A stretch of DNA of 64,000 nucleotides from Myxococcota bacterium (GCA_036229005.1 JAZAMN010000048.1:1-64000); one strand, 5' to 3'; positions 41,271 through 52,900 are shown, counted from the stretch's first letter. The notes: generated from the letters alone by a model not told the origin. Translations and numbers: made by a program.

Positions 41271-43058
41271 ATGATTCTGCTCCTGTCCTCCCTGGCCTCC
41301 GCCCAGCCCCCCGCCCCCCCGGACGCCGGCCTGCTGCCCCCGGGGGCGGAGATCGAGCGCGCGCTGGCGATCCACGTCTCGAACGCTGGATTGCGCCACC
41401 TGGGCGACGGGATCGAGGGCCTGGTGCCGGACGGGATCCCGGTGACCAACCTGGCCGGCGAGTTCGAGTGCGACTCCGAGGGCACCACGCCCCTGAGCTA
41501 CGCGCTGGACGCCACGGACCTGGTCCTGGTGGCCGAGAACGTGGACCTGCGCACCCAGGACGGGGCGCTGGACATCACCATCTACATGACCCTGGCCAGC
41601 ACCCCCGCGCAGCTCACGGTGCAGGGCGACTGCAGCTTCCTCCAGGACCTGGACGAGGTCTGTGACGTCGAGATCCCCACCACCCTGGTGGTGCTGGACA
41701 TGTCCATGGCCCTGGAGCTGGTCGAGGGAGAGGACGGCCTCCCCCACGTCGAGGCCACGGTGAGCGACCCGACCTTCGAGGTCTCCCCCATCGGCAACCC
41801 GCTGGACAACTGCGTGCTGGCCAACGCCATCGGCACGCTGCTCAACACGGACGAGGCCATCCTCTCCAACCTGGTGACCAGCCTGGTCGAGCCCGAGCTC
41901 GCCGGCATCGGCGCGGACCTGGAGACCACGGTCGAGGACGCGCTGGACTCCCTGGTCGTGGACACCAGCTTCGCCCTGGGCGCCGCGGAGCTGGACCTGA
42001 TGCTCTACCCCACCCTGCTGGAGCTGGGCGACGCGGGCCTGGTCCTGGGTCTGGGCGGCAGCGCGCTGCCCAGCCAGACCTCCGACTGCGTGGAGGACCC
42101 GGGCGGCTCGGAGTTCAGTGATGCCCCCTGGCCGGACTTCAACGACACGGCCTGGGAGACCAACCTGGAGTACGACGCGGGGCTGTACCTGTCCAAGGAC
42201 TTCGTCGACCACGTGCTCTACAACGTCTACGTCTCCGGCGGGCTTTGCCTGGAGGTGTCGGACCTGGGCGGCGCGCCGCTGAGCACGGACATCTTCGGCC
42301 CCATCTTCGGCGAGAGCTTCGAGGCCCTCTACCCCGAGAGCCAGGCTATGGCGCTGGCCACCAACCCCTCGGTCGCGCCCACCATGCGCTTCGAGGCGGA
42401 CGGCGCCCCCCTGCGCCTGGATCTGGACGGCTTCGGGCTGAACATCGCCACCCAGATCGACGACCGGCAGCACCGCCTGACCCGCGTGGACCTGGTCGCC
42501 GAGATCGGCATCGACCCCGGCCTGAGCAGCACCGCCCTGGAGCCGGAGCTGATCATCGACCCCGAGGCCATCGTGTTCGAGGAGACGGTCAACGAGTTCC
42601 TGGAGCCCGGCTACAGCGACGGCCTGGTGGACTTCGTGCCCACCGTGCTGGGGACCTTCCTGCCCGAAGACCTGCTGCCCAGCATGGCCATCCCCAGCCT
42701 CTACGGCATCGGCCTGGACGGCGTGTACTGGCAGCCGGACGACGCGGGCCAGTGGCAGGGCGGCTTCGTCCTGCTGGACGTGGACTCCGTGGACCCCATC
42801 GACGCCCCTGGCTGTGACGGCGGCTCCCTGGGCTGTGACGGCGGCGAGGGCCTGGACATCGAGGCCGCGCTGGGTTGTGACCAGGGCCTGGGCTGCGAGG
42901 CCGACGCTGGCTGCGAGGACGCCTCCTGCGCCACCCCGACCGCTCGCGGGGGCCTCAAGGACTCCAACCGCCGCTTCCTGGTGCCCAACCGCCTCATCCT
43001 GGTCGGTCTGCTGGGCTTCTCGGTGCTGCTGCGCCGCCGGGAAGAGGACGACGAGTAG
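41271..43058 (+). CDS. Acidic secreted protein, possible BPI/LBP-like fold, MYXO-CTERM-like tail
   Basis: Signal peptide; C-terminal GC[DE] repeats, TM and RRR. Confidence 0.65.
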   Translation: MILLLSSLASAQPPAPPDAGLLPPGAEIERALAIHVSNAGLRHLGDGIEGLVPDGIPVTNLAGEFECDSEGTTPLSYALDATDLVLVAENVDLRTQDGALDITIYMTLASTPAQLTVQGDCSFLQDLDEVCDVEIPTTLVVLDMSMALELVEGEDGLPHVEATVSDPTFEVSPIGNPLDNCVLANAIGTLLNTDEAILSNLVTSLVEPELAGIGADLETTVEDALDSLVVDTSFALGAAELDLMLYPTLLELGDAGLVLGLGGSALPSQTSDCVEDPGGSEFSDAPWPDFNDTAWETNLEYDAGLYLSKDFVDHVLYNVYVSGGLCLEVSDLGGAPLSTDIFGPIFGESFEALYPESQAMALATNPSVAPTMRFEADGAPLRLDLDGFGLNIATQIDDRQHRLTRVDLVAEIGIDPGLSSTALEPELIIDPEAIVFEETVNEFLEPGYSDGLVDFVPTVLGTFLPEDLLPSMAIPSLYGIGLDGVYWQPDDAGQWQGGFVLLDVDSVDPIDAPGCDGGSLGCDGGEGLDIEAALGCDQGLGCEADAGCEDASCATPTARGGLKDSNRRFLVPNRLILVGLLGFSVLLRRREEDDE

Positions 43059-43097
43059 CGGGACAGGGAGCGAGGGGCTCTGGTCCCCTCAGAGCCA

Positions 43098-43132
43098 AAG
43101 AGGCCCACCTCCTGAGCGGGGGTGGGCCTCTT
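43098..43132. terminator. Hairpin between convergent genes (probable bidirectional terminator)
   Basis: AAGAGGCCCACC / GGTGGGCCTCTT 12-bp perfect stem. Confidence 0.65.
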
Positions 43133-43180
43133 CGCCTCTGTGCACCCGGCGCCCAAGAGCCCCGGGCCAGCCAGCGAGGA

Positions 43181-44236
43181 CTACCTGGACGCGACCGGGG
43201 TGCCCATCTTGGCGTCCATGTCGTTGACCAGGGCGCTGAGCTCCCCCATCGCGGAGTCCGGCAGGTGGCGCCGCAGGGTCCCGTGGTAGTCGACGGGGTC
43301 CAGCACCTTGCCGGCCTTGTCCATCTCATAGTGCAGGTGCGGCGCGGTGGAGCGACCGGTGTTCCCAGAGGCCGCGAGGACCTGGCCAGCCTGCACGTAC
43401 TGCCCCTCGCGCACCTGCAGCGCGTCCAGGTGCAGGAAGCGCGCGGTGGTGCCGTCGGGGTAGCGGACCTCGATGCAGTTGCCGTTGTACTTGTGGTTCC
43501 AGTTCACGCGGGTGACGGTGCCGGCCTTGGGCGCCACGACGTCGGTCCCCACCGGCGCCCGGAAGTCCATGCCCTTGTGGGTGGGCCGGTCCTTGAGCAG
43601 GGAGGTGATGATGTCGTAGCCCTCGATGGGCCCCCCCTGCAGCCGCAGGGAGGCCTCGCTGCCGTCGGGGCGCCAATACGACGCGAAGCTGTCACCGGGG
43701 GCCTGGAAGCGGTAGGCCTGCAGGGTACGCCCCAGCTTCTGGCTCTTGTACCAGGCGGCGGCGATCTCGGGCTCCTGGCCCTCGACCGGGCGCCAGAGCA
43801 GCCAGACCTCGTCGCCCTTCTGGACGTCCCGGCGCAGGTCCAGGTCCCACATGAACAGGCGGCTGTAGACCGCCGCGAGGGCGTCCGCGTCGGTGTCCAC
43901 CTCGTTCGAGATGGTCCGGGCCAGGGAGTGCTCGACCTTGGCGTTGGCGACCTGCCAGCCCTCGGCGCGCGCGCTGGGGCTGAGCTCCGCGGCCTGCTGC
44001 TCCACGACGGGGGCGGCGACCTCGGCCACCACGGGGTCGGCGGAGGGGGCCTGCTGCAGGGTGGGCGCGGGCTGGGCCGCGGGCGCCTCGACGCTCTGCA
44101 CCACCGCGGCCGGAGCGTCGGCGGGGGTCCGGTCATCGAGCTTGATGACCATGATGACGTTGAGGACCAAGGAGGCGCCCAGCAGGGCGTAGAGGGCGTA
44201 CGGGGGTACGTCGGGCTGGTAGCGATCAGAGCGCAT
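43181..44236 (-). CDS. M23 family metallopeptidase
   Basis: HKGMD, FLHL and GNTGRSTAPHLHYE motifs; N-terminal TM. Confidence 0.92.
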   Translation of the reverse strand: MRSDRYQPDVPPYALYALLGASLVLNVIMVIKLDDRTPADAPAAVVQSVEAPAAQPAPTLQQAPSADPVVAEVAAPVVEQQAAELSPSARAEGWQVANAKVEHSLARTISNEVDTDADALAAVYSRLFMWDLDLRRDVQKGDEVWLLWRPVEGQEPEIAAAWYKSQKLGRTLQAYRFQAPGDSFASYWRPDGSEASLRLQGGPIEGYDIITSLLKDRPTHKGMDFRAPVGTDVVAPKAGTVTRVNWNHKYNGNCIEVRYPDGTTARFLHLDALQVREGQYVQAGQVLAASGNTGRSTAPHLHYEMDKAGKVLDPVDYHGTLRRHLPDSAMGELSALVNDMDAKMGTPVASR

Positions 44237-44423
44237 GACGGGGACCTGGGCAGCGAAGGACAGCGGGGAGCGACAGCGAGGGGGGGATCCGCATGGGTTC
44301 GGACGTGCCGACCGGAGGGATCTGCGCGATCGAAGGATCACCCCCTACCCTGGACACGTCAAGAGCTTTCTTGAGAAAGTCGTTGAAGTCCCGATGAGGC
44401 GCTGCTTGGGGTAGGCTTGCCCC

Positions 44424-44957
44424 ATGATGAGCGATGCACTTCCCGCGGCGCTGCTGGTCGGCCCCATGCTGGAGGGCCTGGACCTGCTCTCCCGCAAGGC
44501 CTTCTTCGAGTCCCTCCCCTCGCGGCGCCTGATCGACGGCGAGACCCTCTTCCAGGAGGGCGCCAGCGGCGATGTCCTGTACATCGTCGCCGACGGCTGC
44601 GTGGTGACCGCCAAGACTCTGGCCGACGGCCGCTCCCTGGAGTTGGACCGCGCTGCCCCTGGAGACGTGGTCGGCGCGATGGCTGTCATCAGCCCCGCGT
44701 CCAGGACGGGGACAGCGACCTCGCATGGCTACACGCGCGTACTGAGGCTCAGCCGGGAGCGGTTCCGGGCGTTGCTCTCCGAGCGTGACCCCGCAGCCGA
44801 AGCCCTCCTCCGCTACACCACCGGCAGGATCTGCCGCCGACTGCGCCAGCTCGACGCCCGGATCGCGCTGGCACACGACATCCACGCGCGCGTGGGCCAG
44901 GCCGACCTCTTGCGCCGAGTGAACCAGATCCAGGCCCTGGGGAAGGTCAGCCAATGA
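44424..44957 (+). CDS. Stand-alone cyclic-nucleotide-binding domain protein
   Basis: LFQEG, LYIVADG, PGDVVGAMA and RTGTA motifs. Confidence 0.8.
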   Translation: MMSDALPAALLVGPMLEGLDLLSRKAFFESLPSRRLIDGETLFQEGASGDVLYIVADGCVVTAKTLADGRSLELDRAAPGDVVGAMAVISPASRTGTATSHGYTRVLRLSRERFRALLSERDPAAEALLRYTTGRICRRLRQLDARIALAHDIHARVGQADLLRRVNQIQALGKVSQ

Positions 44958-45469
44958 TGGAGCTCAGGGACGTCTCGCTCTTCAACAAGCTCAGCCCCGA
45001 GGTCAGCGAGGCCGTGGGCGCGCGCTTTGTGCGCAGTCAGGTCGAGGAGGGCCAGGTGGTCTTCCGCGAGGGCGAGCAGGGCCACAGCCTGGTCGTGATC
45101 CTGGACGGGCTCTTTGAGCTGCTCCGGGAGGGCCCGGCCGGCGACATCCACCTGGCCGATGTCGGTGAGGGCCGGGTGCTGGGGCTGGTCTCGCTGATCG
45201 ACCCCGGCCCCCGCACCGCCACGCTGCGCGCCATGTCGGATGGTGAGATCGCGGTGCTCGACCAGCTCACCTTCAACAAGCTCTGGGAGGCCGAGGGGGA
45301 CGCCGCCGCCGCGATGCACCAGCAGATGGCCGTCGCGTCCATCGGAGAGCTGCGCTCCGCGGAGCGCCGCCTGGCCGAGCAGCTCCGGGAGCCTCTGGCC
45401 ATCGACGAGCCGGTGCTCACCTCCCTGCTGGAGATGGCGGTGTTCAAGGCCTCGGACCGGGTGGGCTGA
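44954..45469 (+). CDS. Stand-alone cyclic-nucleotide-binding domain protein
   Basis: VFREGEQG and PRTATLRA motifs. Confidence 0.8.
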   Translation: MMELRDVSLFNKLSPEVSEAVGARFVRSQVEEGQVVFREGEQGHSLVVILDGLFELLREGPAGDIHLADVGEGRVLGLVSLIDPGPRTATLRAMSDGEIAVLDQLTFNKLWEAEGDAAAAMHQQMAVASIGELRSAERRLAEQLREPLAIDEPVLTSLLEMAVFKASDRVG

Positions 45470-45511
45470 GGCGCGGCCGCAGAGGACTTGGGGGCGCTGA
45501 GGGCGGAGGCG

Positions 45512-46273
45512 TCAGCCGGCGTGTGCGGGCTCCAGGGGCTTCTGGTCCGCAGGCAGCGCATCGGCCATGGCCTGATGGAGCTCGGCCAGGTGCTGGTCCA
45601 TGGTGTCCAGGCTCCAGTCGCTGGTCTCGATGGGCTCGAGCACCGTGATGGGGAGCTCCGTCTTGTTGAAGGTGGTCATCTCCTTGAGGGGCCAGTTCTC
45701 GTGGGCCTTGGCCACGACGATCGGCACGATGGGCAGCCCCGTCGCGATGGCCAGGTGGACCACGCCCTTCTTGAGGGGCTTGAGGCGGCCGTCCTTGGAG
45801 CGGGTGCCCTCGGGCCACATCCAGATGGACATGTCCAGCTCCCGCACGGTGTCGCCGATCTCCTTCATGCCCGCGATGGCCTTGTCCCGGTTCTGGCGGT
45901 CGATCAGCAGGTGGCCGCTCAGGCGGTAGGCCCAGCCAAAGAAGGGGACCTTGGCGACCTCCTTCTTGGCGATCCCCGCCCCGCCGATGGGCAGCAGCCA
46001 CATGCCCAGGAAGATGTCCGTCATCGAGGTGTGGTTGGAGATGTAGATGGCCGGCTTTGCCCGGTCGATGATCTCGCGGTTCTGGATCTGCGGCTTGGCG
46101 CGCACCATCCACAGCAGCACCGGAGACATCCAGTGGCCGTAGTAGTTGCAGGCCTTGATGCGCGCGCCGCGCCAGGGCAGGAGCAGAACGAGCACCACCA
46201 GCAGCAAGGCCGCGGTGCCCAGGACCCAGCTCAGCCCCAGGCCGAGCCGCAGGATGCCGTCAATCTTCTTCAC
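45512..46273 (-). CDS. 1-acyl-sn-glycerol-3-phosphate acyltransferase (PlsC family)
   Basis: NHTSMTD, IDR and WPEGTRS motifs. Confidence 0.9.
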   Translation of the reverse strand: MKKIDGILRLGLGLSWVLGTAALLLVVLVLLLPWRGARIKACNYYGHWMSPVLLWMVRAKPQIQNREIIDRAKPAIYISNHTSMTDIFLGMWLLPIGGAGIAKKEVAKVPFFGWAYRLSGHLLIDRQNRDKAIAGMKEIGDTVRELDMSIWMWPEGTRSKDGRLKPLKKGVVHLAIATGLPIVPIVVAKAHENWPLKEMTTFNKTELPITVLEPIETSDWSLDTMDQHLAELHQAMADALPADQKPLEPAHAG

Positions 46274-46282
46274 GCGCCCTCC

Positions 46283-47458
46283 CTAACCCGCTGAGGGGGC
46301 CGCGCCCCCGCTGAGAATCTCCAGATACAGCGCCTCCAGCCGGGCAGCCTGTGCGTCCCAGGTGCAGCTCCGCGCCACACCCGCCCGCGCCTGCTCCCCC
46401 AGCTCCCTGCGTCGCTCGGCGTCCTGGGCGAGGGCCACCAGCGCCGCAGCGAAGGCCTGCGGGTCGTGATTGGGCACCGAGACCACCCCCGGCAGCGCCT
46501 GCGCGCTCCCCTCCGAGGCCACCGTCGGCAGCCCCAGGCCCAGGTAGTTCAGCAGCTTGATCGGGTAGCCCGAGCAGACCGTGCGAGGCAGCGCCGCGAT
46601 GTCAGCCGCGGCGATGATGTCCCGCACCTGGGCCCAGTCCTCTCGGAGGAGGAAGCGCTTCCGGGCGGCCGGGAGCTCTGCGGCCAACCGCTCCCACTCT
46701 GTCAGCGGTGACGCCGAGACCATGACCAGCCCAAGCGAGGACACCGAGAGCATGGCCTCGATCAGGATCTCGAGGTCCTGGTAGGCGTCCGGGTTCCCCG
46801 CGTAGACCACCCAGACCCGATCCCCGAACCCGTGCTCGGCCCGCGCCCGCGCGCCATCGGCGCCCTCGAAGTCCTCCAGGTCCACCCCTGGCGGGATCTG
46901 CTCCACGCGCCTGCACCCCAGCCCCTCCAGGATCGGCAGGGCGCTCTGGGAGATGGCCACGCTGGCGTCCGCTCGCCGCGGGATCTGCAGGTCCAGGACC
47001 CGGCCCAGCCGCCGCGCTGCCCGCTGCGCCAGGGGGTGCTCGAAGTAGCGGTGCAGCTCCTCGCCCATGGTGTTGTGGTTGTTGTAGACCACAGGCACCC
47101 CAGTGAAGCGCCGGGCGATGTAGGCCGCCAGGGGGGCCTCGTAGTTGTGGGCGTGGAGGATGTCGGGGGGGCGGCCGCCGGTGCGGCGGTGCAGCGTGCT
47201 GAGCTGCAGGGCCATCGCGAGGTCCAGCCCGGGCTTCACCCAGTCGGGGCCGGCCCGCATGTTGTTGTAGCCCGGGACCCGCGGGGTCCTGAGCACCTCG
47301 ATGCCCTCGGGGAGCTCCCCCTGACCGTGGTGGTAGCAGGCCACCGTGACCCGGTGCCCCCGCCTAGCCAGCGCGCGGGCCATGCCCGCCACATAGACCT
47401 GCGAGCCCTGGGGGCTCGGGAAGGGAAACGCAGCGGCCTGGACGATGTGGAGTGGCAT
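46283..47458 (-). CDS. Glycosyltransferase family 4
   Basis: ALARRGHRVTV, DILHAH, IPPGVD and PIKLLNY motifs. Confidence 0.85.
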   Translation of the reverse strand: MPLHIVQAAAFPFPSPQGSQVYVAGMARALARRGHRVTVACYHHGQGELPEGIEVLRTPRVPGYNNMRAGPDWVKPGLDLAMALQLSTLHRRTGGRPPDILHAHNYEAPLAAYIARRFTGVPVVYNNHNTMGEELHRYFEHPLAQRAARRLGRVLDLQIPRRADASVAISQSALPILEGLGCRRVEQIPPGVDLEDFEGADGARARAEHGFGDRVWVVYAGNPDAYQDLEILIEAMLSVSSLGLVMVSASPLTEWERLAAELPAARKRFLLREDWAQVRDIIAAADIAALPRTVCSGYPIKLLNYLGLGLPTVASEGSAQALPGVVSVPNHDPQAFAAALVALAQDAERRRELGEQARAGVARSCTWDAQAARLEALYLEILSGGAAPSAG

Positions 47459-47538
47459 CCAGCCGCCTTCTACCCAGCCGGAGCGTCTCGATCCACGCGC
47501 GGTGGGTATATACTCCTGGCAATTGGAGAGGAGTCGAG

Positions 47539-48174
47539 ATGACCACCCTGACCCTTGGGCTCTTGAGCGCGCTGCTTGGCTGTGAGGCCGACTGCGCCGC
47601 TGGATTTGGCCGCGCTTCGGACGGCAACTGCTACCCCCTGGAGGACACCGCTGGGGAGGAGGGCGACGCTGACACCGACGCGGACGCGGACGCCGATGCA
47701 GACGCGGACGCGGACGCCGACTCGGACTCCGATGCGGACGCCGACGCCGACGCGGATGCGGACGCCGACTCGGACTCCGACGCGGACGCCGATCCCGAGA
47801 ACTGCCCCTCGGACCTCACCGCCATCTGCGGCACCCTCTCCGGCACCAACCCCAACGCCGCGCTCTCCGTGGTCGCGCTGACCAGCGCCGAAGCGGAGTC
47901 CCCCTCCGGCGTGTACTTCGTCACCCCCGAAGACGCGGAGCTGTGGGCCTGGCCGGCCAGCTACAGCATCTTCACCCAGTTCGACGAGTCCAACCCCGAA
48001 GACGACAGCACGCCCCTGCCCCCGGGTGAGTACGTGGTGGGCTTCGCGGTGGACGAGAACGGCGACGGCCAGCCCAACCCGGACGACGGGATCAGCCTGT
48101 ACGACGGCGGGAACACGATCACGGTCGAGTCGAACGTGCCCACCACGGGCATCGACTTCACCTACCCCTTCTGA
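47539..48174 (+). CDS. Lipoprotein with Asp-Ala/Asp-Ser repeat linker
   Basis: LLGC lipobox, (DA/DS)n at ~47664-47793, DENGDG loop. Confidence 0.8.
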   Translation: MTTLTLGLLSALLGCEADCAAGFGRASDGNCYPLEDTAGEEGDADTDADADADADADADADSDSDADADADADADADSDSDADADPENCPSDLTAICGTLSGTNPNAALSVVALTSAEAESPSGVYFVTPEDAELWAWPASYSIFTQFDESNPEDDSTPLPPGEYVVGFAVDENGDGQPNPDDGISLYDGGNTITVESNVPTTGIDFTYPF

Positions 48175-48261
48175 GGCGACTCAGAGCTCAGGCGGGGACA
48201 GCCTGTCCTCGTCTGCACCGGCGCCGGCCCTTGGGTCGGCGCTCTCTTGTTTGGGGTGCGC

Positions 48262-48897
48262 TCAGGGAGCCGGGGGGTGGGCCAGACAAGGCTCGACGGG
48301 CATCAGCCTCCCCTCCTCCCCGTCGATCCAGGGCATGAACTCCCCAGCGGTGACCGGACCGGCGATGGCCAGCAGGGGCTCCGCGCTGACCCCAGCCAGG
48401 GAGCAGGACTCCGAGACGGTCCAGGCCATGTCGCCGCGCAGCTTGACCTGTGCACCCTTGCCCGGACGGAGGCCGACCCTGACGCTCCGGGGCTCCTGGG
48501 CGGCGCCTCCCTCCAGCGAGAGGCGGGCCTGCGAGAAGCCAGCGCGCTCGGCGCTCCCCAGCACGATCAGCAGGTCGGAGAACGCAGCGTCCGGAGAGAG
48601 CTCGACGTAGAGTTCCCCGACAAAGCGCTGGTCGGAGGCGGCTTGTCGGCCCTCTTTGGTCTTGTCCTCCAACTCCGCGACCAGGGGGGCGTAGTACCCA
48701 GCCTCGGGCACCGCCTGCCAGCGAGGAAAGGCTTGGCCGTCCAGGTGCAGGCTCGTGGGTGAGAGCCCGACGCCAACCCGGCCCACCCACTGACCGGCGG
48801 GATCCGGGAGGCCCTTGAGCTCAGCGGGGACCTCGCCCAGGGGGAGGCCCATCGGCAAGCCGATCGGCGAGCCCAGCGTCAGGAGCAGGGCCCACAT
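48262..48897 (-). CDS. Hypothetical exported protein
   Basis: ORF follows the epimerase by 3 nt and has a hydrophobic N-terminus. Confidence 0.5.
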   Translation of the reverse strand: MWALLLTLGSPIGLPMGLPLGEVPAELKGLPDPAGQWVGRVGVGLSPTSLHLDGQAFPRWQAVPEAGYYAPLVAELEDKTKEGRQAASDQRFVGELYVELSPDAAFSDLLIVLGSAERAGFSQARLSLEGGAAQEPRSVRVGLRPGKGAQVKLRGDMAWTVSESCSLAGVSAEPLLAIAGPVTAGEFMPWIDGEEGRLMPVEPCLAHPPAP

Positions 48898-48900
48898 GGC

Positions 48901-49902
48901 TCAGAGGCCCGTGCGCTCGGAGCTGGCGAAGCGGGAGCCGCCCTCCCAGAGCAGGTCCGCGCAGGTGTCGCGCAGGCAGACGTTGGGGTCCCGAGTGGAG
49001 AAGCCCAGCTCAGCGCGGGCGCGCGTGTCGTCCACGTACCAGAAGTGGGTGGCCTGGAGCATCGCCACGCGGTCGATGGTGAAGCCGAAGCCCAGCCCGT
49101 CCTTGCCCAGCCCGGGGAAGGTCTCGAACACGCGCTTGGTGAGCAGGCGCGGCGCGGTGATGGGGGGCGCGGGCTTGTCCAGGATCTGCGCCAGGCGGTT
49201 GTAGAAGACCTCGAAGGTCATGTTGCCGCCGCCGAGCAGGTAGCGCTGGCCTCCCCTGCCCTTCTCGAAGGCCGCGGGGACCACCTTGGCCACGTCGCGC
49301 ACGTCGACGAAGCTGAGGCCACCCGGGGGCGAGGCCGGGACCTTGTCCTCCAGGAAGAGGCGCACGGCCTTGGTGCTCTCGCCGGTGATGTCCCCGGGCC
49401 CCAGCAGCAGCGAGGGGTTCAGGGAGACGATGGGCATCTCGTCCGAGGAGAGCTTGAGCGCGGACTCCTCGGCGAAGAGCTTGGAGCGGTAGTACGGCCA
49501 CTTCTGGATGAGGTCGTAGGGCGGCGAGGCGTCCTCGTCGCGGGCCTCGGGCTTGGCGGTGACCGCGACTGTGCCCGAGGTCGAGAGGTACACGACCTTC
49601 TTGACGCCGGCCTCGCGGGCGGCCTCCAGGGTGCGCTCGCTGCCCAGGACGTGCAGGTCGTAGAGCTTGCGGGCGTCCTCGGGGTCGTGGGAGACGAGGC
49701 CAGCGCCGTGCACCAGCCAGTCGCAGCCCTCGAGGTGCTCGGCGAAGGTGGACGGGTCGGTGACATCGCCGGAGACCATCTCGGCGCCGGGCACGTGGGT
49801 GCCGGAGCGGGAGAGCCCGATGACGCTGTGGCCCTGCTCGCTGAGCTCGCGGACGATGTGGCGGCCCAGGTAGCCGGAGGCGCCGGTGACGAAGACCTTC
49901 AT
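48901..49902 (-). CDS. NAD-dependent epimerase/dehydratase (elb cluster)
   Basis: TGASGYLG, YYRSK and FVDVRDVA motifs; coupled to elbD. Confidence 0.88.
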   Translation of the reverse strand: MKVFVTGASGYLGRHIVRELSEQGHSVIGLSRSGTHVPGAEMVSGDVTDPSTFAEHLEGCDWLVHGAGLVSHDPEDARKLYDLHVLGSERTLEAAREAGVKKVVYLSTSGTVAVTAKPEARDEDASPPYDLIQKWPYYRSKLFAEESALKLSSDEMPIVSLNPSLLLGPGDITGESTKAVRLFLEDKVPASPPGGLSFVDVRDVAKVVPAAFEKGRGGQRYLLGGGNMTFEVFYNRLAQILDKPAPPITAPRLLTKRVFETFPGLGKDGLGFGFTIDRVAMLQATHFWYVDDTRARAELGFSTRDPNVCLRDTCADLLWEGGSRFASSERTGL

Positions 49903-52900
49903 GCCTGCACCTCCGTGAGGCCAAAGACGCGGGAGAGTTCGATCAGCAGGGGGATGTCGTTGGTCTTGATGGCCCCGGAGAAGAACTCGGGGGGCTCCGG
50001 CGTGTAGCCGTCCACCAGGATCTTGCGCATCATCTCCTCGCTGGTCTTGACCACGCAGTCCGCGGCGCCGCCGGGCGGCTTGCCCTTGGCGACGGTCGCG
50101 CCCTCATCGTTGACGATGACGTGGTAGCGGGCGCCCTCCTTCCCACCCAGGGAGAAGTACCAGGACACGGGCTTCTTGACGCGGTCGGCGATGAGCCGGG
50201 CGGCGAGGCCACCGAAGGCCTCCTCCACCGGGTTCACCCGCTTCTGGCCGAGATCCTCCAGGTCCTGGGGCTCGAGCTGCCGCAGGTCCAGGACATCGCC
50301 GTCACGCAGGGCCTCGACCGCGCGCTGGGAGAGGCGGGCGGCGTGGCGGGCGGCCATGGCGGGCTTCATGCCCTTGGTGAGGCGCTTGACCTCTCGGACC
50401 TCCAGGGCGGGGCCGATGCGCACGCTCAGGTCGCGCCCGCGGGGGAGCACGGCGCCCTTGGGCATGGCGTCGAAGGTGCCGTCCAGGTGCATGGGCAGGA
50501 TGTCGACGTTGGTCTCCATGGAGAGCCAGCCCACCAGGGGGCGGAACTCGCCGATGGTGCCGTCGGTGCGGCGGGTGCCCTCGGGGAAGAGGAGCACCAC
50601 GTTGCCGGCGCGGACCACGTCGATGGCTTGGCGCAGGGAGGCCCGGAAGCCCCGCTTGCGGTCGATGGGTTGCAGGTTCGTGAGGCGCTCGAAGTAGGCC
50701 ACCACGTACTTGTTGCCCTCGAAGAAGTAGTCCTGCGCGGCCAGGGCCACCAGCTTGTAGCCGTACTGGCCCAGGGCGTACTTGACCAACCCCATGTCCA
50801 GGTGGCTGCAGTGGTTGGAGACCACGATGGTCTGGCGGTTCTGGGGGATGTAGGCGCGGCCGTAGATCTTGCAGTTCAGGGCGGTCTGGTAGAGCTCGCG
50901 CTGCAGGAAGCCAAGGCCAGCCTTGAGGGGCTCGGCCACCACGTCGGGCAGCTCGACCTTCTCGCGCACGTCCTCTTCGATCTCGACGGTCGTCCTGGGG
51001 GCCTTGGCCATGCGGAGCACGTCGGCGACGGTCTCGGCGTGCTGCAGGTCGTCCGCGTCCACGCTGCCGGCGCCCATGGCGTCCAGCGCGGAGGCCAGCT
51101 CCACCCACATCAGGGAGTCGAAGGCCAGCTCCTCGACCATGTGGGTCGTGGTGGTGACCTTGTCGGGGGACACGCCGGCGACGGAGGCGATGGCCTCTGC
51201 GACGGGGCCCGCCAGGGACTCGCCCTTGCGCACGGTGATGGTGGCGGCCTGGATCTTCTCCAGGACCTTCTTCACCTCCTTGCGCTGCACCTTGCGGGTC
51301 TTGGTGCGGGGCAGGTCGGCATCGACCAGGTGGATGACGGCCGGGCGCTGGTTGCCGGGCAGCTCCTTGATCGCCTTCTGCAGGCTCTCCTTGGCCTTGG
51401 CGTGCACCGTGGCGCGGTCCAGGTCCTTGTGGGACTCCAGGTCCGCCACCGCGAGCATGCCCAGGCGCTCCCCGCCGCGGGGGTCGGGGATGCCCACCAG
51501 GCCGTACTCCTTGACGTAGTCATGGTCGGGGCCCAGGGTGTTCTCGACGTCGTCCAGGTAGATGTTCTCGCCCGAGGCCGTGACGACGACCTCCTTGGCG
51601 CGGCCCATGATGCTCAGGTTGCCGCGGTGGTCGATCTTGCCCAGGTCGCCGGTGTGCAGCCAGCCGTCCTGGATGGCCTGGCCGGTGGCCTCTTCGTTGT
51701 TGAAGTAGCCCTGCATGACGTTGGGGCCGCGGGCGACGATCTCGCCGATGCCGTCCTTGTCCGGGTTGAGGATCTTCACCTCGACCCCGGGGACCGGCTT
51801 GCCCACGTGCCCCGCCTTGGCGCCGGGCTTGCCCTTGGCGACGGTGAGCACGGGTGCAGCCTCGGTCAGGCCGTAGCCCTCCGCCAGGTGCAGGCCCAGG
51901 CCCTGGAAGAGCTCCTGGGTCTGCTTGGGCAGCGCCGCGGCGCCGGAGATCAGGAAGCGGATGTTGCCACCCAGGCGGTCGTGCACCTGGCCGAACATCA
52001 CGCGGCCCAGGTCCAGGCCGGTCTGCTTTCCGATGATGCGGTTGAGCTCCAGGCTCGCGTCGAACGCGGTCTCGAAAACCTTGCCCTTCTCGCTGACCTG
52101 GCCCCGGATGCGTCGCTCCAGGAGCTGCCACAGCGCGGGCACACCCACCATGGCCGTGACCTTGCCCTCCTTGAGGCCGTAGGTCAGGCGTTCGCCGGTG
52201 AGCTCGTCCAGGTAGTAGACCCGGGCGCCGCGGGAGAGCGGCAGCAGCAGGCCACAGGTGAACTCGAAGGTGTGGTGCATGGGCAGCACCGACAAGAGCC
52301 GGTCGCTGTCCTTGAGGGGGAAGGTGGCGGCGAGGGAGCCGATGAGCTCGGTGAAGTTGCCGTGGCTCAACATCACACCCTTGGGCACGCCCGTGGTCCC
52401 GGAGGTGTACAGGATGCTGGCGAGGTCATCCTTGGTGAAGCCGAGCTCCGGCAGCCCATCGATGGCGCCGTCCTCACACAGGGCGTGGATGTCCTGGACG
52501 GGGATGCTCAGGACCTCGGCGAAGGCCTCCCGGCTGGTCTCATCCAGGATGGCGAGCACCGCCCCGGAGGCCTGCTGGATGTTGGCGGCCGGCAGCGGCG
52601 CCATGCCTGCCTCCACCGGGACCGCGATGGCCCCAGCGCGCAGGATGCCGAAGAAGGACACCGCCCAGTCGGGGTGGTTGTCCGCGGAGAGCATCACCTT
52701 GTCGCCGGGCTTGACGCCGGAGTCGATGAGCCGGCGGGCGGCCGCCATGGACCGGTTGCGGAACTCCGCGAAGCTGAGGGCCTGGAAGCCGTCCTCGTGG
52801 GTGACCAGCAGCGCGGGGCGCAGGTCGTGGCGCTCGGCGATCTCGTCCTGCAGGTCCAGCAGGCTGTCGTAGGCACGCAGGGCCCGGAGGGGCTTCTTGA

